NCBI GenBank assembly: GCA_014729135.1
Contig: WJKK01000001.1
Span: 325,462 to 389,461, forward strand
Length of the DNA: 64,000 bases
Reading direction: 5' to 3'
Source: a candidate division WWE3 bacterium
GTDB lineage: Bacteria; Patescibacteriota; WWE3; UBA101185; UBA10185
The translations under genes and the position numbers were made by a program. The notes under the pieces are model-generated. The model had not been told where the DNA came from and did no database searches. It worked only from the letters and a program-made list of their open reading frames with translations. Below, in pieces: positions 59,001 to 64,000 of this stretch. Position 1 is the stretch's first letter. Each line of letters opens with the position of its first letter.

Positions 59001-59696
59001 CCCCGTGTAGAAGAGATTGTGGAAACCCGCTCACCTAAAACGCTTTCCATAATGAGCGAGGTTACGGGAACAGTTAAGATTTTAGAAACCGGTGAAGATC
59101 GCAAGATTATTGTAATTCCTACAGACGGTAAAAAAGAGGATGCAGTGGAATACATGGTGGATCCTGTTTCTGAGATCAGTGTAGAGGACGGTCAGCTGGT
59201 TGCTAAGGGCGACAAGTTAACTGTAGGTCACTTGGATCTTGAGAAGCTAATGGATACCGTTGGGGTTCGTTATACGCAAAACTACATAGTAGATCAAATT
59301 CAAAAGGTCTACGCTTCCCAGGGAGTTTCTTTAAATGACAAGCATATTGAAGTTGTTGTAAGCAAGATGTTTAATAACGTGGAAATTAAGGATGGGGGCG
59401 ATACTGATTTGATGCCTGGTGAGACGGTTACAACGGACACTTTTGCGGAGAAGAACGAGGCTATAATTGCCGAGGGCGGTGAGCCTGCAGAAGGTAATCG
59501 AGTTTTGCTTGGTATTACAAAAGCAGCTCTAAATACCGACAGCTTCCTGTCTGCAGCTTCCTTCATTTACACCAGTAGGGTATTGACTGATGCCGCTTGC
59601 TCTGGTAAGGTCGATAAGCTTTTGGGCTTGAAGGAGAACGTTATTATTGGTAATCTGATTCCGACAGGTGAGAGAGCAAAGTTAGAAGACGAATAA
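56010..59696 (+). CDS. rpoC: RNA polymerase beta' subunit
   Basis: Zn ribbon CYCGKY...CDKC, NADFDGDQM, GEPGTQLTMRTFH. Confidence 0.99.
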   Translation: MKHLSNLRDFDALKIYLASSEEILSWSYGEVTKPETINYRTFKAVRGGLFDEKIFGPTTNFECYCGKYKGIRYKGVICDKCGVEVAHSRIRRERMGHISLAAPVVHVWFFRGIPSKLAYLLDVSPRKISSVIYFSSFIAISVDSEMRAKAISMVETDMQAAEKNHEESLERKIKETEKEFKEKAKTFKGDELKEEEHALKLKQRLQALRNKSLQDWEEQEQIFKLIRKKIEGIEKFSIVSDNEYMQMRRYVDTFADMQIGAEAIQTILQNMDLDSVALELEDKLEKSRSKTKSKKMARRLNVVQQFRNSEIDPANMVFEVLPVIPADLRPLVQLEGGRFASSDLNDLYRAIINRNNRLKKLMEIGAPEVILRNEKRMLQESVDAFIDSSKQRNQRRSRRGRKELRSLADMVKGKQGTFRLNLLGKRVDYSGRGVIVNGPKLKLNECGIPKEMALELFKPFVLRGIMDKELAPNIKSARRVLSERGAEVWETLEEVVEGHPVLLNRAPTLWRLGIQAFYPKLIEGDAIQLHLCVCSGYNADFDGDQMAVHLPLSEAAQEEARTTMLSTENLLNPSNGSPISVPNKIMLFGIYYMTSIDPTMELVEEPFANVEEALYNYEVSKLVELRQPIKVKMSGNIVETTVGRIRFNEIVPEEFGFINEDMPKKKVHDLLSDTFERFDHSVAVKLIDDVKDLGLKYGTYSGHSVSLSDIDIPEERDELIEKGRDAVAKIDKNFKRGLITKKEAQRLTEDTWIEITAEIDEAVWSNLSEENPVKVLVKSGSTRASRDQVKQIAGMRGLMTDPTGKIVPMPILGNYKNGLSGLEYFVGARGARKGLVDKGLKTADAGYLTRRLVDVSQDVIVREEDCGTEEGRVIEVGDSTVLQTFIERFEGRYLAQDVKDGRKKLASAGDLLTAEILKEIEDAGVEEIVIRSPMACKTRRGICAKCYGIDLMSRELVKIGTTVGVQAAQSIGEPGTQLTMRTFHTGGIAGKDITQGLPRVEEIVETRSPKTLSIMSEVTGTVKILETGEDRKIIVIPTDGKKEDAVEYMVDPVSEISVEDGQLVAKGDKLTVGHLDLEKLMDTVGVRYTQNYIVDQIQKVYASQGVSLNDKHIEVVVSKMFNNVEIKDGGDTDLMPGETVTTDTFAEKNEAIIAEGGEPAEGNRVLLGITKAALNTDSFLSAASFIYTSRVLTDAACSGKVDKLLGLKENVIIGNLIPTGERAKLEDE

Positions 59697-59699
59697 ACT

Positions 59700-60116
59700 A
59701 TGCCTACAGTAAATCAATTAGTCCGAAAAGGACGAAAAAGTAAAAAGAAAAAGGTTAAGACACCGGCTTTAAAGAGTGTCTATAACTCGCTTGATCGAGT
59801 TAAGAAGCCTGTAGCTGCTCCTTTAAAGAAGGGTGTATGTTTGCAGGTTAAAACCATGACTCCAAAGAAGCCTAACTCCGCTTTAAGAAAGGTTGCTCGT
59901 GTACGCCTCTCCAATGGGGACGAGGTAACAGCCTACATTCCCGGAGAAGGCCACAATTTGCAAGAACACTCTGTAGTTTTAGTACGAGGAGGCCGTGTAA
60001 AAGACCTTCCGGGAATTAAGTACACTCTAGTTAGAGGTGTTTATGACCTTACGGGAGTCTCCGACAGAAAGTCTTCCCGTTCATTATATGGTGCCAAAAG
60101 ACCCAGAGGAGAATAA
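59700..60116 (+). CDS. rpsL: 30S ribosomal protein S12
   Basis: [27 protein letters not shown]. Confidence 0.99.
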   Translation: MPTVNQLVRKGRKSKKKKVKTPALKSVYNSLDRVKKPVAAPLKKGVCLQVKTMTPKKPNSALRKVARVRLSNGDEVTAYIPGEGHNLQEHSVVLVRGGRVKDLPGIKYTLVRGVYDLTGVSDRKSSRSLYGAKRPRGE

Positions 60117-60129
60117 GGAAAAATAGTAT

Positions 60130-60594
60130 ATGCGTGGAAAACAAGCAACAAGAAGAGAACCTAAACCGGATCCCATTTATCATTCGCCTACAATTACTCG
60201 TTTAATAAATAAAGTTATGCTTGATGGTAAAAAGACTATGGCACGAAACATGGTTTATGATGCCATTTCCAAATTAGGAAAAGATGAAAAAGAGGCTTTG
60301 GAAAATTTTAAAAAAGCAATTGATAATGTAATGCCTGTTAAAGAGATTCGCTCTCGTCGTGTGGGGGGTGCAACTTATCAGGTTCCCCTGCCTGTGCAGC
60401 ATTGGAGATCAGAAGCTTTAGCAATTCGCTGGATAGTTGAGTCTGCTCGTTCAAAAAGTGGAAAACCTTTTACAGACTTCCTTTACGAGGAGTTAAAAGC
60501 AGCTAGCACAGGAGAAGGTGCAGCAGTTCGAAAGAGAGATGAAGTACATAGAATGGCCGAGGCAAACAGAGCATTTGCACACTTCGCCAGATAA
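60130..60594 (+). CDS. rpsG: 30S ribosomal protein S7
   Basis: RRVGGATYQVP, HRMAEANRAFAH. Confidence 0.99.
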   Translation: MRGKQATRREPKPDPIYHSPTITRLINKVMLDGKKTMARNMVYDAISKLGKDEKEALENFKKAIDNVMPVKEIRSRRVGGATYQVPLPVQHWRSEALAIRWIVESARSKSGKPFTDFLYEELKAASTGEGAAVRKRDEVHRMAEANRAFAHFAR

Positions 60595-60609
60595 GGTAGA
60601 ATACTTCCC

Positions 60610-62694
60610 ATGGCAAAAACAGAAAATAAAAAGTACCCTTTAGAAAAAATAAGAAACATTGGAATTATTGCCCATATTGATGCCGGTAAAACTACTACTA
60701 CCGAGCGTGTTTTGTTTTATACAGGTAAATCCCACAAGATTGGTGAGGTTCATGAAGGTGAGGCTCAAATGGACTGGATGGACCAAGAACGTGAGCGTGG
60801 TATTACTATTCAGTCAGCTGCTACAACTTGTTTTTGGAATAATCACCGTATAAACATTATTGACACTCCCGGACATGTTGACTTTACGGCAGAAGTTGAG
60901 CGTTCTTTGCGCGTTTTGGATGGTGGAGTTGTTCTTTTTGACGGTTCTGCAGGTGTTGAGCCTCAAAGTGAAACGGTTTGGCGTCAGGCGGAAAAGTACA
61001 ACGTGCCCCTCCTTTGTTTTGTAAATAAATTGGACAAAATAGGAGGAGACTTTTTAATGTCGCTAGATTCTATTCGGGACCGCTTGTCTACGGAAGCTTA
61101 CCCTGTTCAGCTGCCTATTGGAAAAGAGGGTGACTTTAAAGCGGTTATAGATTTGATTGAGCGTAAGGCTTACACGTTTACAGGTAAGTTGGGGTCAGAA
61201 ATAAATGAGATTCCTATTCCGGAGGACATGAAAGCTCAAGTAGAGGAGCATCGTGCTAATTTGGTTGAAAAGCTGGCGGAATCCAGTGATGAAATGATTG
61301 AGAAGTTTTTAAATGGTGAGGAGATTCCTAATGAGGAATTGGTTAAGGCTTTGCGAGAGATGACTATTAAGACTCAGATTTATCCCGTTTTTGCCGGAGC
61401 AGCTTTGGCTAATGTAGGTGTTCAAAAGTTGCTTGATGGTGTTGTTGCTTATTTGCCTTCTCCAAAGGATGTAGGGGAAATAGTTGCCCATCGTCAGTTT
61501 TCGGAAGATGAAGTTACTTTGAGTTCCGAAGAAGATGGTCCTTTTGTGGCACTTGCCTTTAAGCTGCAAACTGATCCTTACGTAGGTCGTTTAACATATT
61601 TTAGAGTTTACTCCGGATCTGCAGACGCGGGTTCTTACGTTTTAAACTCTACGCAAGATAAAAAAGAGCGTTTGGGTCGTATCATTTTAATGCATGCAAA
61701 TAAGCGCGAGGAAATTGAGCAGATTCATGCAGGTGAAATTGGAGCCGCTGTTGGTTTAGAAGTGCAGACGGGGGACACGCTTTGTGATCCTGATGAGCCT
61801 ATTGTTCTGGATTCCATTACCTTTGCAGAGCCTGTTATTGGTTTAGTTGTTGAGCCTAAGACTAAGGCAGACCGCGACAAGTTAGGTAAAGCCCTAAAGA
61901 AGTTTTTGGACGAGGATCCTACTTTGAAAATTAAATCCGATGCTGAAACTTCTCAGACGATTCTTTACGGAATGGGTGAGTTGCACCTGGAGATTATTGT
62001 TGATCGTTTAAAGCGGGAATTTGGTGTTGAGGTTGTAACCGGTAAGCCCCAAGTTGCTTATCGCGAGACTATTAAGCGAAAGGTGGAGCAGGAAAACAAG
62101 TATGTTCGTCAGTCGGGTGGCCGAGGTCAGTATGGTCATGTTGTTATTGAGATGGAGCCTAGGGAACCCGGCGAAGGTTATGAGTTTGAAGATCAAATTA
62201 AAGGTGGGGCAATTCCTAAGGAGTTTATTCCTGGTGTTGAAAAGGGAATTAAAGAGGCTATGGAAAGTGGAGTAGTTGCCGGTTATCCGGTGGTTGATGT
62301 TAAAGTTAATTTAGTAGATGGGTCCTTCCATGAAGTTGACTCGTCTGAAATGGCCTTTAAGATAGCTGCTTCCGAAGCTTTTAAGAAAGCCCAAAGGAAA
62401 GCTAATCCGCATCTTTTAGAGCCTATTATGGATGTGGAAGTTATTACACCTGATGAGTTTATGGGTGACGTTATAGGAAACCTTTCAGGTAAGCGCGGGA
62501 AGATTGAAGGTACCGAAAAGAGAGGCCAGGCCACGGTTGTGAAGGCGGAGGTTCCGTTGGCAGAGATGTTTGGGTATGCTACAGTATTACGAGGTATGAC
62601 GCAGGGACGAGCAAGCTTCACCATGGAGCCCAGTCACTACGCTGAAGTACCTTCAAATGTTGCTGATGAAATATCGGCAGGAGAAGCCAAGTAG
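60610..62694 (+). CDS. fusA: Elongation factor G
   Basis: [44 protein letters not shown]. Confidence 0.99.
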   Translation: MAKTENKKYPLEKIRNIGIIAHIDAGKTTTTERVLFYTGKSHKIGEVHEGEAQMDWMDQERERGITIQSAATTCFWNNHRINIIDTPGHVDFTAEVERSLRVLDGGVVLFDGSAGVEPQSETVWRQAEKYNVPLLCFVNKLDKIGGDFLMSLDSIRDRLSTEAYPVQLPIGKEGDFKAVIDLIERKAYTFTGKLGSEINEIPIPEDMKAQVEEHRANLVEKLAESSDEMIEKFLNGEEIPNEELVKALREMTIKTQIYPVFAGAALANVGVQKLLDGVVAYLPSPKDVGEIVAHRQFSEDEVTLSSEEDGPFVALAFKLQTDPYVGRLTYFRVYSGSADAGSYVLNSTQDKKERLGRIILMHANKREEIEQIHAGEIGAAVGLEVQTGDTLCDPDEPIVLDSITFAEPVIGLVVEPKTKADRDKLGKALKKFLDEDPTLKIKSDAETSQTILYGMGELHLEIIVDRLKREFGVEVVTGKPQVAYRETIKRKVEQENKYVRQSGGRGQYGHVVIEMEPREPGEGYEFEDQIKGGAIPKEFIPGVEKGIKEAMESGVVAGYPVVDVKVNLVDGSFHEVDSSEMAFKIAASEAFKKAQRKANPHLLEPIMDVEVITPDEFMGDVIGNLSGKRGKIEGTEKRGQATVVKAEVPLAEMFGYATVLRGMTQGRASFTMEPSHYAEVPSNVADEISAGEAK

Positions 62695-62769
62695 TATTAA
62701 ATTTTGCCAATTTTGTGGTAATATCATAACCACTAGAGCATAATTAGAAAGTTATTTAGAAAGGTATTT

Positions 62770-63960
62770 ATGCCAGAAGAATTTAAAAGAGACAAACCAC
62801 ATGTTAATGTTGGTACCATTGGTCACGTAGACCACGGTAAGACCACTTTAACTGCAGCTATGACTCACGTTTTAGCTGACAAGCAACCCTCTGATATCAA
62901 TAAGCCATTGACTTATGATGACATTGAAACCTCCGAAGAGGAGAGACAAAGAGGAATTACAGTAAATATTTCCCACGTTGAGTACGAGACCGCAAATCGC
63001 CACTACGCTCACATCGACGCTCCAGGACATGCTGACTACATTAAGAACATGATCACAGGAGCCGCTCAAATGGACGGCGCTATTTTGGTAGTAGCCGCTT
63101 CCGATGGGCCAATGCCTCAGACACGAGAGCACATTTTGCTTGCTAAGCAGGTAAACGTTCCCGCTATGGTCGTATTTTTGAACAAATGCGACATGGTAGA
63201 TGATGAGGAGATTTTGGACCTAGTTGAGATGGAGGTTCGCGAACTTCTAACCAAGTACGGCTTTGATGGTGATAGCATTCCCGTAATTCGTGGATCTGCT
63301 ACAGGGGCTTTAGACGGTGACGAAAAGTATGTTGCTGCAATAGAGGAGCTTTTGGCTGCTATTGACGAGAACATTCCTACACCTGAAAGAGATCTTGATA
63401 AGCCATTCTTGATGCCTGTTGAGGACGTCTTCTCCATTTCCGGACGAGGAACTGTTGCCACAGGAAGAATTGAGCGCGGTAAGGTTGACCTAAACGAGGA
63501 AATTGAGATCGTCGGCATTAAAGACACTCAAACTTCTGTTGTAACCGGAATTGAGATGTTTAAGAAGCAGATGAAGGAAGGTCAAGCAGGAGATAACGTA
63601 GGAATTTTGTTGCGAGGTATGAGCCGAGATGACGTTGAAAGAGGTCAGGTATTGGCTGCTAAAGGATCCGTTACACCTCACACAGAATTTGAAGCTAAGG
63701 TTTACATTTTATCCAAGGAGGAGGGTGGACGTCAGAAGCCTTTCTTTACAGGATATAAGCCTCAGTTCTATGTTCGAACCACTGACGTTACAGGTGAAAT
63801 TACACTTGATGAAGGTGTGGAAATGGTCATGCCCGGTGATAACGTGAATCTGAAAGTTAAGTTGATTACTCCGGTAGCTATTGAAGAAGGTCTTCGATTT
63901 GCTATTCGTGAAGGTGGTCACACTGTAGGAGCCGGAGCTGTTACCAAGATAATTAAGTAA
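62770..63960 (+). CDS. tuf: Elongation factor Tu
   Basis: [31 protein letters not shown]. Confidence 0.99.
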   Translation: MPEEFKRDKPHVNVGTIGHVDHGKTTLTAAMTHVLADKQPSDINKPLTYDDIETSEEERQRGITVNISHVEYETANRHYAHIDAPGHADYIKNMITGAAQMDGAILVVAASDGPMPQTREHILLAKQVNVPAMVVFLNKCDMVDDEEILDLVEMEVRELLTKYGFDGDSIPVIRGSATGALDGDEKYVAAIEELLAAIDENIPTPERDLDKPFLMPVEDVFSISGRGTVATGRIERGKVDLNEEIEIVGIKDTQTSVVTGIEMFKKQMKEGQAGDNVGILLRGMSRDDVERGQVLAAKGSVTPHTEFEAKVYILSKEEGGRQKPFFTGYKPQFYVRTTDVTGEITLDEGVEMVMPGDNVNLKVKLITPVAIEEGLRFAIREGGHTVGAGAVTKIIK

Positions 63961-63969
63961 CACAAATAT

Positions 63970-64000
63970 ATGCGGGACCCACTACGGTGGGTCCTTGCAT
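63970..64000 (+). terminator. Stable hairpin after tuf
   Basis: GGACCCAC-TACG-GTGGGTCC with a C(UACG)G tetraloop; any U tract would lie beyond the window. Confidence 0.6.

Noticed and set aside
970-63963. Many 60-200 aa antisense or off-frame ORFs inside long genes (e.g. 1708-2328, 17615-18127, 18103-18621, 63117-63527)
   Set aside because: Shadows of well-supported CDSs with no motifs or start signals

Overview
64-kb core-chromosome segment of an AT-rich bacterium with Patescibacteria/CPR hallmarks (Microgenomates/WWE3-like by inference): short IF-2, ATPase-only Lon homolog, stand-alone VirD4/HerA-like ATPase, FtsA-like + baseplate-J-like gene pair and a minimal RNase P RNA. Genetic code is standard (TAA, TAG and TGA all end conserved genes). 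Housekeeping blocks (nusA-infB, rpsO-pnp, rnj-ftsK, miaB-miaA, rnpB, mltG, truB, mutL-tatD, lepB, rpoB-rpoC-rpsL-rpsG-fusA-tuf) surround a mixed-orientation accessory zone at about 30-43 kb containing tRNA-Pro(GGG). Main leads: (1) an NpmA/KamB-like 16S rRNA m1A1408 methyltransferase; (2) three 13-bp palindromes at an exact 63-bp period; (3) a candidate compact 6S-like RNA beside tRNA-Pro; (4) a Zn-finger/PD-(D/E)XK nuclease gene split by one in-frame TAG; (5) a palindrome-dense element with a dif-like site; (6) about 20 genes with leaderless promoter geometry; (7) two genome-scale signatures, CCGG excess and a kb-scale sawtooth in strand skew. All family assignments come from motifs recognised by eye; no searches were run.
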